The notes beneath the pieces are model-generated. The model was not told where the DNA came from and searched no databases. It saw only the letters and a program-made list of their open reading frames with translations. A stretch of 20,000 nt of DNA from positions 417,414 to 437,413 of the forward strand of contig JASANG010000443.1 in NCBI GenBank assembly GCA_030248215.1, read 5' to 3'. A program made the position numbers and the translations under genes. Source of the stretch: Enoplolaimus lenunculus. Taxonomy: Eukaryota. How positions within the stretch are numbered: position 1 is the stretch's first letter; each line of letters opens with the position of its first letter. Of the stretch, positions 9,912-19,688 are shown piece by piece.

Positions 9912-10880
9912 AGAGTTCACGATACCCGTGCGTAAACGCGGGCGTGGTAAGAAAATTTTGATGCGGGTATACGCGCGGATAATAAATTTCAAAATCTGAG
10001 TGAATAAATATTTGTTAATCTTTACCCATCAAAATTTTAATAAAAACAGCAAGCAGCGATTAAAAGCACATATCAAGTATCCCTCAAAAATAAAGCATGT
10101 TGCTAAGATTATGGTTCGGGAATGTATGCGTTTCATATAATAGTCAGGGCCGGAGCAGCCACATCCATACCTCCCGTTTGGGGAGCACACCCCTAAAGGG
10201 GCCCCCACCCTAACCAGATGAAACAAAAACCGCCGATTTTATAAAATACGTCAAAAGCGTCTCGACATGGCTTTAAACCATTCACAGACCTTACAATAAA
10301 CACCTGGCTTACAATTTTACATAAGATAAGATAACTCTCATGAAACAAAATAATAAATAAAGTAATAATAATTTTTAAGTGAGGTGTGCCGTATGCTGTC
10401 TCCCCTGATTGGAGCATATGAAGATTGTAAAAGGTTTTAACTAAAATATGATTTGTTTAGCTACTTTAAAGCAAATGTCAAAAACAATTTCGTTGACTGA
10501 TTTTGAGGAAGGCTTCACTTTGTAGATTCATCGTTTAGCAACTTTTGTGGGAAACTGTTTCTGCAAGGGTGTCCCCACAGCTATCAGACACGAGCGTGAG
10601 CTTTGGCAACCTTAATAGATCAAACATCGATAAATTCTGTATCCACATCTACGCTGAGGGCCCCCAACCCTGTCTTCTCCGGCACTGATAATAGCTACTT
10701 ATAAGGAGTTTTTTGTAACGTAAATTAAGCGACTAACATCAATGCACTGTAAAATTGCACAATTGTATTGAACGCGGAAGGAAAAATAACGGTGGTTAAA
10801 CAATTGTGCGCGGGTATACCCGCGGGTAAAAAATGCAATTTCCGCAGGTAAAAAGCGCAGCGGGGTATAAAATGATTCTA
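9912..10880. mobile_element. Probable hAT-like element with GCGGGTA subterminal motifs, host of a G insertion
   Basis: Clusters of tacccg/gcgggta motifs at 9920-9980 and 10805-10870; no TSD found and ends approximate. Confidence 0.4.
10145..10687. mobile_element. hAT-like non-autonomous element family G (543 bp)
   Basis: cagggccggag ... ctccggcactg TIR; 8-bp TSD ataatagt / ataatagc; ends shared with 12432-12608. Confidence 0.88.
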
Positions 10881-10902
10881 CCCACTTAGAGATGTTTTAA
10901 GT

Positions 10903-11003
10903 CTTAGTGTTATTGGCGTAGGCTTAGGCTTATATTCGTAGGCTTAAGCCTAAGCCTTAGTGTTATTGGCGTAGGCTTAGACTTATGTTCGTAGGCTTAA
11001 GCC
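10903..11003. repeat. 53-bp tandem duplication built on TAGGCT motifs
   Basis: cttagtgttattggcgtaggcttag(g/a)cttat(a/g)ttcgtaggcttaagcct at 10903 and 10956. Confidence 0.85.
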
Positions 11004-11085
11004 TCATTCTTATTCTTAGGCTTAATTCTTAGTCTTATGGGCGTGTCCTGAAGCCTTAGTCTTATAGACATAGTCATAAGCCTTA

Positions 11086-11280
11086 CACTGCAAAAATGGC
11101 GAGTCAAATTGACCTTCTCTCCGGGACTACACAAACAGAGCCAAAGTCGACTCCGCCAGAGTCAAATGTTCAACTCAATGAGCGAATTTAACTCTTTCGG
11201 AGTCGAATTTGACTCAGGTTGTGTAGTACCGTAGAGCCTATTTCGGAGACAGTCAATTCGACTCACCATTTTTTGCAGTG
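11086..11280. mobile_element. MITE family D, TA TSD
   Basis: TA|cactgcaaaaatggcgagtc ... gactcaccattttttgcagtg|TA. Confidence 0.9.
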
Positions 11281-11586
11281 TAGTCTTACATGCTCAGGCT
11301 ATAATGTTGAAGGAGTAAAATGTAGGACAGCGCGGGGGTACCTCTTCACCGTTCTTAAATTATATCGCACCCCCTTCAAATCGGTACCTAACGTTGTAGT
11401 ATAATATTTGACCATAGGTTCTGAAACTGGTGTAAACGTTGTGAAATATAGCTTAGAAACATCAATCACACACAACCAAGTCTAATGACCACAAACGAAA
11501 CTGTTTGTTGACCATAGAGTACGACAACACTCATCTTTAATGTGATCAATTATCATATGGCAAAATGTCGCGTGGCATGGTGTTCA

Positions 11587-11856
11587 AAACAACAACAACA
11601 GCAGCAACAACAACAACAACAACAACACAAACAACAACAATGACGACAACAACAACAGCAACAACACAAACAACAACAATGACGACAACAACAACAACAA
11701 CAACAAACAAACAAACAAACAACAACAACAGTAATAAATAAATAAACAAAAAACAAACAAACAAACAAAAAAAACAACAACAAACAGTCAAATAACAACA
11801 ACAATAAACAAACAAACAAACAACAACAACAACAACAACAACAGCAACACAACAAC

Positions 11857-11901
<45 letters not shown>

Positions 11902-12082
11902 ACAGCAGCAGCAACAACAACACCAACACAACAACAACAACAGCAGCAACAGCAACAAAACCACAAAATAAATAAATAAATAAAAAATATACAAACCGAC
12001 AAACAACAGAAACAAGTAAATAAACAACAACAACAACAGCAGTAGCAGCAGTAGCAGCAACAACAACAGCAACAACAACATC

Positions 12083-12119
<37 letters not shown>

Positions 12120-12141
12120 CAAAAACAGCAAGCAACAACAG
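11587..12141. repeat. Compound microsatellite (CAA)n/(CAG)n/(AAAC)n/(AAAT)n/(AAT)n
   Basis: About 550 bp of directly visible simple repeats. Confidence 0.97.
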
Positions 12142-12377
12142 CGATAATTAGCGCACGACTCTTCGACCAACCGGTGTGAACATTAGGACCTGAAACGCAA
12201 AATTAGATTTGAATAAATGCTAATTATGCATGCAAAGCGTATAACAAACGAGCTGACCGCACCTGGCGTTCATTTTCAAATGATTAAGCAACAGTCTCCT
12301 TGCGGATTTAGAGTCCGAAATTGATGAGAAGACAGTGACGGATCCGGCAACTACTGGCGGGGACTAACGCGATATAT

Positions 12378-12757
12378 GGCTCAAGTCACTTCGAGGGCAA
12401 CCCATTTTCGACAGGATTGTAACAAAGTAAGCAGGGTCGGAGAAGCCACCCCCATACCCTGCATTTGGATGGGCCCCCACCCTAACCGGCTGAAACAAAA
12501 ACCGCCGAAGTTTTAAAATGCGTGTAGATTCTGGCTTATTTTGCTCCGAGTTTGGGTGTCCCCACCGTACAGTTGGGGGAGCCCCTGCTCCTGTCTGCCC
12601 CGGCTCTGAGAGTAAGGTTAAGCTTTAGACAACTTTTTCACTTAGGTTTAGGCTTAGACTTAAGCTTAGGCTTAGTCATAGGCTTATACTTTGACTGGCG
12701 CTTAGATTTGGCTTAAGAATATGCTTATACTACTGTTTACGCCTCTCACGTCAGACC
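12378..12757. mobile_element. Diverged family B/B2 copy interrupted by hAT-like G
   Basis: ggctcaagtcacttcgagggc resembles the B2 TIR; resumes at 12609 with agagtaaggttaagctttagac ... gcttatactactgtttacgcc. Confidence 0.7.
12432..12608. mobile_element. hAT-like MITE family G, short derivative
   Basis: cagggtcgg ... ccggctctg; TSD aaagtaag / agagtaag; shares gggcccccaccctaacc..tgaaacaaaaaccgccga with the 10145 copy. Confidence 0.88.
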
Positions 12758-12867
12758 GAAAAAGTAATACTCACAGAGGGACACGGCCGAGAAGACAAAC
12801 GCAGTTTCAGTACCGATTGTTTTTGTACGAAACTTTAGCTCTGATCCCTGTTGAGAATCAAAGTTTC

Positions 12868-13163
12868 GGCCAATGTAAAGAACAGGGGCGGAAGAGTATT
12901 ATATGCATATTCCTAAGCCTAAGCCTAAGCATAAGCGTAACAATGTGCGTATACCTAAGCCTAAGCCTAACCCTAAGCCTAAGCATAACCGTAACAATGT
13001 GCGTATACCTAAGCCTAAGCCTAACCCTAAACCTAAGGATAAGCGTAACAATGTGCGTATACCTAAGCCTAAGCCTAAGCCATGCAAAAAAATTAGTCTA
13101 AACCTTAAGATTACTTTATTCTATTCTCACTGAAAAACGTTCTGCCCCTGATATACGATGGAC
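12868..13163. mobile_element. Family B copy (reverse) with 54-bp higher-order GCCTAA repeat x3
   Basis: ggccaatgtaaagaacaggggcggaa start; gtaacaatgtgcgtatacctaagcctaagc at 12937, 12991 and 13045; ends ttctgcccctgat...ggac. Confidence 0.88.
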
Positions 13164-13179
13164 ACCGCTTAGATACGCC

Positions 13180-13506
13180 GGCCAATGTTACTTTGAAAGC
13201 CGTCCCATTTTCCCGGGACAGAAATGTACCAGGAGTACCCGTCCCATTTTCCCGGGACAGCAATGTACTAAAACTACATTCCAAAAATATAATTGGGACA
13301 GTGGAACAGTTGGGACAGATGAGACAGTGGGACAGATGGGACGGTTGGGACAGCTGGGACAGATGGGACAGTTGGAACAGTTGGGACAGATGGGACAGTT
13401 AGGACAGATGGGACACCTTGGGACACTTGGGACAGATGGGACAGTTGGGACAGATGGAACAGTTGGGACAGAAGGGACTGTTGGGACAGTTGTGACAGAT
13501 GGGACA
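13180..13506. repeat. B2-type TIR followed by a 9-bp TGGGACAG(A/T) minisatellite
   Basis: ggccaatgttacttt at 13180; cgtcccattttcccgggacag twice (13201, 13240); roughly 24 units of tgggacag(a/t) at 13294-13506. Confidence 0.85.
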
Positions 13507-14390
13507 TTTACCCTTTTACAATTTTACGGGCGTTGCCACGATTTCGTTTCAGGGAGGATACTTATTTTAAAAGCATTTGCCCCCCCCCCCCCCCGAATGA
13601 CAACTTAGATCGCCGAAAACTGTTAAAATCTCAGCGACTCCGGCTGATTATTCTAAAGGCTGTAAAAATGTTTCTTGAAAACATTGCAATTATTGTTCTA
13701 AAATCAAACGCAGGGGCTGATGGTATGTTTGATATATCACTGTAGGAAAAGACTATATAGTTCCGTGAACTCTGGATACCACTAGTGATACAAATGAGAA
13801 CTTTGAAAATCGTGTTTAGAGGGTACACACCCATAGACTCCCCCTTACAAATACAAGGACGCTGATCAAATAGTACATTTTGACTCAAAAAGCGCTAGAA
13901 ACGCATCATCGCATTCGGACGACACACACGGGGGGGGCGGCGGCTGCGGTCGTTGTGCAATTTATTGCACTGTAGCGTGCAATGCGATTTTGCAAACTGC
14001 AATTTTATGCGTGCAAGAGTTTTTGCTGCAAGCATAGAACAACTTCCTGTCGCGCGTGGTCAGCTTGCATTATAGCATTGAGTTCTTGTTGATTTAACGG
14101 TGTGAAATATTGTATATTTTTTCAAGGGTGAAACTCTACGTTGGAATTGATTGCTTTTGTTGAATAGTTGCCTATATACAGGTCGTTTTAAACCCTTTCT
14201 CACATAGAGTATACTATTGCAGTTGTCGTTGCGATACAAAATACACAAGTGTTTAACAATTATTACGCGTATGTCCGCAGTACAAATTATCCTGAATGCT
14301 AAAACACAAAGCTGCTATACAATCCGTTACCTTTCTTTCGCCTATTTTTTGCCATAGACGTACAATGGTACCTGTAAGGATAAATCCTTA

Positions 14391-14558
14391 GGCCAGTGTT
14401 ACTTTAAGGGGTGTTTACAGTAGATTAAGCGTATTCCTAAGCCTAAGCGTTGTAAAAATATGTTCCTAAGTCTAAAGCAAAAAATGTTACCTAGAATCTA
14501 AACTTACTCTTTTATAGACCAACCAGAAACCTGGGCGCCCCTTAAAGTAACATGGGCC
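14391..14558. mobile_element. MITE subfamily B2 (reverse), perfect 8-bp TSD
   Basis: ggccagtgttactttaagggg ... ccccttaaagtaacatgggcc; TSD aatcctta / aatcctta. Confidence 0.93.
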
Positions 14559-14786
14559 AATCCTTAGGTTTAGGGTGTCGGGGGATTGACAATCCATTCG
14601 AGCCGCACTTGCCAGACACAACGATTGTGCGCGACAGTCACGATCTTGTGTGGACTGCCCGTCCTTGGTGCCTGAGAAACAGGGCTCAATGGCCACCCAC
14701 ACGGAAAATGGTGTGGTATGCAGCCACCAGGCCACACCATTCAGCCAGCTTAGCCCGCCGTCAACATAGGTGACAACCGAGTCGTG

Positions 14787-15038
14787 CACTGTAAATTTCA
14801 GTGAGTTGATTTTAACTCAGAATGAGTTGAATCACTCAGTCTGAGTTAGGACTATCAGAACTCAGAATGTTGAGTTGATTCAATTCATTCTGAGTTAATT
14901 AACCAACCCACCCAGAGTCAACTCAACTCAGATTAAGAATCAGATCAACTCAGAGTGAGTTAACGTTTACTGGAATTAATTCAGAAATAACCAACTCGCT
15001 AGCTGAATTGATTAATCAACTCATTGGAATTTACAGTG
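14787..15038. mobile_element. MITE family A, full length (252 bp), TG TSD; CMC/EnSpm-like
   Basis: 25-bp TIR cactgtaaatt(t/c)ca(g/a)tgagttgatt with 2 mismatches; flanked by TG on both sides. Confidence 0.93.
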
Positions 15039-15128
15039 TGCGCCAGTACGACACACATCCCTGTCTATCCCTCAACTTAGGCCTGAGAGCCAACGCAATG
15101 TGGTGCTGTGCGATTGACGATGAAATAC

Positions 15129-15199
15129 TGCACCAGCCGGGATCGAACCCAGGCGTGCCGCTTTCAGGGCAGACATGCTTCCCACTACACCACTGGCCC
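15129..15199 (-). pseudogene. Degenerate tRNA (Gly-like ends) or SINE head
   Basis: 71 nt GGGCCAG TG GTGT AGTGGGAA GCAT G TCTGC CCTGAAA GCGGC ACGC CTGGG TTCGAT CCCGG CTGGTGC A; cloverleaf with A and B boxes but mismatches, a 6-nt T loop and no U33. Confidence 0.75.
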
Positions 15200-15318
15200 G
15201 TGATATCACAAGGCCAATTGTACGCCATAATACAGTAACCTAATTCTTCAAGTGGAGGTCAAGTTCGAACACTCAAGCACCGATCGTTAAGGACTGCATT
15301 AGATTATACGCATCGACA

Positions 15319-15401
15319 TGGACCCGTTGCAAGAGGGGCTGAGGGTAGCTCAACCTCCCTGGAAAGCATTGCCCCCCTATAGAAAATTTTCAAACTTGCT
15401 T
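15319..15401. mobile_element. hAT-like family C left part, truncated by MITE A
   Basis: ggacccgttgcaagagggg ... aaaattttcaaacttgctt resembles 16181-16268. Confidence 0.55.
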
Positions 15402-15547
15402 CACTGTATTAAATTCCAAAGAGTTAATCAACTCAGCTAAAGAGTTAGTTATTTCTACGTTAATAACAGTAGACGTTATAACTCAACCTGAGTTGAGTTG
15501 ATTGTCACTCTGAGTTGAGTTGACTCTTGGTTAGTTGATTAATTAAC
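15402..15547. mobile_element. MITE family A partial
   Basis: cactgtattaaattcc start, tgagttgagttga motifs; stops just before a family B copy. Confidence 0.8.
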
Positions 15548-15558
15548 ATGACGCTTGC

Positions 15559-15940
15559 AATCCATGTATAGAACAGGGCCGGATCGTTTTCCGGAGGGGC
15601 TGTAATAGAATCAGTTTAAGCTGTAGACTAAATATTTTGCTTAGGCTTAGGCTTAAACTTAATCTTACGCTCGAGCCCGCAGCTAAGGGGGGGAGGAGGG
15701 GGGCTCAGTCCCCCTGAAAAAATTTTGCCCCCCCCTAAAAGATTTTCCACCTTGCTTGTAAGTCACTGAAAACCTTTAAACACCCCTCCTGAAAATATTT
15801 AGCCCCCCTCTAGCATGGTTGGCTGACTACGGGCGTGCTTATGCTTAGAAATAGGCTCATCCTTACGCTTAAGCTTAGGCTTAGGCTTAGGCTAGGAATA
15901 TGCTTATACTATTGTTCCGGTCCTGTTCTATACATGGGTC
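15559..15940. mobile_element. Family B copy hosting hAT-like C
   Basis: ccatgtatagaacagggccgga ... tccggtcctgttctatacatgg TIRs; ttaggc arrays on both sides of the insert. Confidence 0.88.
15672..15837. mobile_element. hAT-like MITE family C, 8-bp TSD
   Basis: cgagcccgcag ... ctacgggcgtg termini; TSD cttacgct / cttatgct; homologous to 16181-16354. Confidence 0.8.
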
Positions 15941-16180
15941 GTGCCCGCTTCCCCCCTGACGAAAGTTTTTGCCCCCTGACCGAAATCTTTTAACACAGCA
16001 TTAAAGCGCAATCTTTGTCGGCAAAATTATCCATGTCCCCTCTAGAAATGTTTCAGCCCTCTCATCTAAAGGTTACACGGTTGAGAAAGCTGTAAAGATT
16101 TCAAATCACCCAACCTATATACCATGTTCATAACTGAGGAATATGATTTATCCAATGAAAAGGCCTCCATCGGTTCAACT

Positions 16181-16354
16181 CAGGCCCGTAGCTAGAGGGG
16201 GTGACCAGGCGGGTTCAGTTGCCGCTGGAAAAATTTTAGCAACACTAAAAAATTTTCAACCTTGCTTGTAGGTCATCGAAAACTCTCGTATGCCGCTCCT
16301 GCAAAATGATCAGCTTCCGGCCAGCAACGTGAGCTAAGCTGGTTAACGTCTCTG
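16181..16354. mobile_element. hAT-like MITE family C
   Basis: caggcccgtagctagagggg start; shares accttgcttgta(a/g)gtca..gaaaac with the 15672 copy; ends ctctg. Confidence 0.7.
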
Positions 16355-16782
16355 ATCCAGTTGCATTTAATATTGTTTTTAGTAAATATCGGAATACTCT
16401 GCCAGACCAAATGTGATACAGATTAGTAAAAATATTAAGTAAAAAAACATTTTGCAAAAGAGAATCTTGCAAATTCATTGAAAAATATACATTCTACAGC
16501 TAAAAGTATTAAAATTTAGTGTTTTTTGGTCTTTTTATTCCTCAAAATGTAGAGACACTTTTTTTGTTACTCAAATTTCACCAAAATAACTTTTTTGCCA
16601 TAATCTTAAAGATATTTAGCATTGTTTTCATTTTGAGTTTGAATTCTGTTCGATTTCTAATCTGCCCATTCTTTAAAAGTTTTTAATTTTTTTTGACATT
16701 TCAAAACAATTAAAGTTTAATAGCAGGTAAAAGTTTAATACTTCTAAGCACACTATTGTTTGTTATTTTACTAAGCATAAGC

Positions 16783-16984
16783 GGCCAATGTATGAAACAG
16801 GGCCCGAGCAGTAGTATAAGCATATTCTTAATCTTAAGCCTAAACCCAAAGATTAAGCCTGAGCGTACCAATGAGGTTACATCTAAGCCTAAATGAAAGC
16901 CTACATGAAAAATTGATAAAGCTTAAAGCTTCCTCTATTGCAGTCCCGCAGAAAAACGTTCCGCATCTAATCTTTACATTGGAC
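16783..16984. mobile_element. Family B copy (reverse)
   Basis: ggccaatgta ... tctttacattggac; degenerate TSD gcataagc / gcttaaag. Confidence 0.85.
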
Positions 16985-17370
16985 GCTTAAAGCGTAGGCC
17001 TTCAATGGTAAGTTTAAGTTCTTTCGTGGGGCGAAGCAAACAAGTTGCCAATATTTGGCTAACAGTGTTAGGGAGGTTTAATGAATTTGCTGATATCCGG
17101 CGTCATCAGTCACCGTCCGGCGACCGTCGATCCGTCCGGTGGAACACTGGATCAATTTGTAACTAAAATTTTTTGACGTTTGGCGTCGGACGGCGATTCA
17201 CGACAAGTATAGCACCACCCTTATTGGCTAAATATGGTTGTTCGTTAATGTTACAAACAATGAGACTGAAATAATCATGAATGCGTTGGTTTTTGTACAT
17301 TTTTGGCCCATATTTAATTAAGGGATACGCTTTAAACTATTAGGTTCACGCTCAGGCTAAAGGCTTGGTT

Positions 17371-17631
17371 CACTGTAAATTCCAATGAGTTTATTAATCA
17401 ATTCAACCAGCGAGTTGGTTATGAATCAATATCAGTAAACATTAACTCGCTCTGATTTGTGTTGATTCTAACTCTGAGTTGAGTTGACTCTGAGTGGGTA
17501 ATCAAAATTTTTTACTTGCTTCGCTCTCCGGCAGCAAACAGTCGCCTACAACACGCAGCAGCCCACAAAAACTCAGACTTGGACGAATAATTCAACTCAT
17601 TCTGAGTTAAAATCAACTCCCTGAAATTTAC
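17371..17631. mobile_element. MITE family A with a foreign internal segment (~17505-17570)
   Basis: cactgtaaattccaatgag ... aaaatcaactccctgaaatttac; middle replaced by unrelated, GC-richer sequence. Confidence 0.8.
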
Positions 17632-18026
17632 CTATTTTCTATTATTTTTTAAAATTATGTTTCGAAAAAATTTGCAAATCTTTTACTCTTTCTCTCTGTC
17701 ATAATTTAAGAGCAAATCATTAATAGTCTGTTAATCTCCTTGTTTCCCAGCGAACTCGAAGCTGTATTAAAATGTACTCAATTTCAGTTTATGTAAACAC
17801 AACTTTTCCGAATGTTTAAAGTATTTTCTTGTGACAAAAAAATCGCACGCACCACAACTGTGTCAATACTCGTCATGGCAGGCAGTTTTTTTTTCCTAAA
17901 TTCTCTTTAATTTTACAAAAATCAAAAATGTATTTAGAATTTTTTTAAGACATTCTTGTTTTTGAGCATTTTTTTAAGAGATGAATGTGTTAAAATGACG
18001 AAACATTCTTGATTTTACAGAAAAAA

Positions 18027-18631
18027 TTGTGTTTACAATTTCGGGTCGTTTCGGTTATCTTCTCCCAATGCGGTGTTTGCCTAAAAATGTTTTGATTTTG
18101 AAAATTTTTGCATATTTGAGCTTATCATAACCTCCACTGATCATTTCATGCCTGAATTTGGACTTTTGAATAATTCGATTTTTAGGTCCCGACCAAACCC
18201 TGTCTCGTAGGACCCAAGAATTATTGTCAATAGGTTATACTGGGTTTTATACCATTCAACGGACTTTTTTGAGCTCAATCGAATGATGTTAAATTTTTTG
18301 CAATCAGACGTCTGGTTATCGAGTTATCGTCGTCAAATAACTGATTTGGCGCCGTTCCAAATTATTGGCAGCGCGACAAATCAGTTATTTCACAATAACT
18401 CGTTAACCAAACGTCTATTGCGAAAAACTTATTAGCATTCCGACTCAGCTCGGGGACAAATGGGATCTTAAAATCTTAAACAATTTAAATTTTTCAAAAA
18501 TTCTAATTTGGACACGGGATCATCAGGATAAGTGAGAAGCTCAAATATGCAAAAATTTTCAAAATCCAAACATTTTTCGCAAATGCCAGCTGGGCGGCGA
18601 TAACCGAAATAATCCAAAAAATTAAACAGTG
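18027..18631. mobile_element. Long palindromic (foldback) element of about 600 bp
   Basis: Outer arms gattttgaaaatttttgcatatttgagctt / aagctcaaatatgcaaaaattttcaaaatc; inner arms aaataactgatttg / caaatcagttattt; centre ccaa-atta-ttgg at 18357-18368; right end aaacagtg. Confidence 0.85.
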
Positions 18632-18682
18632 ACGATTAATTACTTGCTTTACAACATGGACTCCACTGAATTGGTGTTTTAA

Positions 18683-18870
18683 CCCCTTCTCACATTGAGT
18701 TGCATATAGGCAACTCAGCGCAGTGTATATACGTTAAATAATAAATATCGCACCGTGTTTAAAAATTGCGAGTGGTGATGGTATACGCTTCCCACTCCAG
18801 TCACTGGAGTTTGAATCCTAGCATAAAAGTAGGTCTCATTGGAAACAGAAAATATTCATTTGAGAAAGGG
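18683..18870. mobile_element. piggyBac-like MITE family E (reverse of the 5023 copy, about 75 bp shorter)
   Basis: TTAA|ccccttctcacat ... ttgagaaaggg|TTAA; collinear with the reverse complement of 5023-5285. Confidence 0.9.
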
Positions 18871-18910
18871 TTAAGACCAAAATCAAAACTTGCCCTTCGG
18901 TTCATTTAAC

Positions 18911-19025
18911 CCATTCTGAGTTAATTAATCAACTCTTGCGGAACTAAATTAACTCACAGTTAATTACTATTCACTGCTATTAACTCAGAAATGACGTTAA
19001 AATTAACTCTCTTAGATTTACAGTG
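18911..19025. mobile_element. MITE family A fragment
   Basis: cattctgagttaattaatcaact ... gatttacagtg. Confidence 0.7.
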
Positions 19026-19130
19026 TGCTTCCCTCGTTCGTCTCAAAAAACATGGCAAAAATACAATTTTTATGCATATATATGTAAAACAAACTATATA
19101 TGGTTGTACAAGTATGTCACACAACCGAAA

Positions 19131-19197
19131 GTCCTAACTCAGACTGAGTGATTCTCATTTAATCTGAGTTAAAATCAACTCACTTGGATTTACAGTG
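19131..19197. mobile_element. MITE family A terminal fragment
   Basis: gtcctaactcagactgagtgatt ... aaaatcaactcacttggatttacagtg. Confidence 0.8.
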
Positions 19198-19385
19198 TAT
19201 TTGTTCAAGTTGTTGTTTGCTTACATATAACGCAAAAAGTATACCTAATTTTATTTATTTTTCAACCAGATCTTAATAACAATTCCTGTAATACCAAATA
19301 CCATTCTACATAACCCCACAAATGTCTTGATTCACTTCCAGCCAAGGCTGTACAGTTCGTACACTTGAATTTAAAAATATTCTAG

Positions 19386-19483
19386 TGAAATTTCAACTAG
19401 AAATCAACATTTGATCGGTTCAATTGAACGAAATTCTCGTCTAATGGCGTATATTTTGCTTTTTGCTTGCGTTATTTCTTCAG
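19386..19483 (+). CDS. Candidate exon (EISTRNQHLIGSIERNSRLMAYILLFACVISS), unknown gene
   Basis: ttctag acceptor, one open frame with ATG at 19444 and a hydrophobic end, consensus donor CAG|GTAAGT; no compatible neighbouring exon found. Confidence 0.3.
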
Positions 19484-19593
19484 GTAAGTTTAAGTATCAT
19501 AGTTAATTTCAGTGTTCTTGGTCGAAAAAGACTGCATCCATCTTAATAAGCCAAAATTTTAGGATGCATGCGGAGATTCAGGAACTGACGTAC

Positions 19594-19688
19594 CTGCAGC
19601 CAGATTGGCCAGGGTATTTCGCCTGCAGTTTGAATTTTTGCCAGTTTTTTCTCCTATTAGGATAGTTTGAGCATCGCTTGTAAGTCAT
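19594..19688 (-). CDS. Alternative candidate exon (MTYKRCSNYPNRRKNWQKFKLQAKYPGQSGC), unknown gene
   Basis: Minus strand TTTCAG|ATG ... CAG|GTACGT, 95 nt open; no recognisable homology. Confidence 0.25.

Larger units (their letters stand above)
14575..15199 (-). mobile_element. tRNA-derived SINE-like element, split by MITE A
   Basis: tRNA-like head at 15199-15129 followed by a GC-rich body that is continuous across the 14787-15038 insertion; 3' boundary uncertain; single copy in this window. Confidence 0.65.

Noticed and set aside
11546..12138. Poly-Leu/Val/Cys ORFs
   Set aside because: Translation artefacts of the CAA/TTG microsatellite.
12420..12436. gtaagc as a splice donor
   Set aside because: It is part of the family B consensus (agagtaagc) and of the TSD of the hAT-like insertion.
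12909..13081. CRISPR-like repeat-spacer pattern
   Set aside because: The spacers are identical (tandem duplication), the context is eukaryotic and there are no cas genes.
12721..13608. PKPK/LGLG/SLSL and GQMGQL/GTVGTD repeat ORFs
   Set aside because: They result from stop-poor hexamer and 9-mer tandem repeats inside mobile elements.
14193..14275. Third piggyBac-like E copy (ccctttctcacatagagt)
   Set aside because: Only one TIR with weak downstream similarity and no exact TTAA junction.
15070..15090. Telomerase-template-like GCCUAAG in a hairpin loop of the tRNA-headed RNA
   Set aside because: Only 7 nt (one repeat plus one base) and easily due to chance in this TTAGGC-rich DNA; no other telomerase RNA feature identified.
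15129..15199. Functional tRNA gene
   Set aside because: Acceptor and anticodon stem mismatches, C at position 33, a 6-nt T loop and no immediate T-run terminator.
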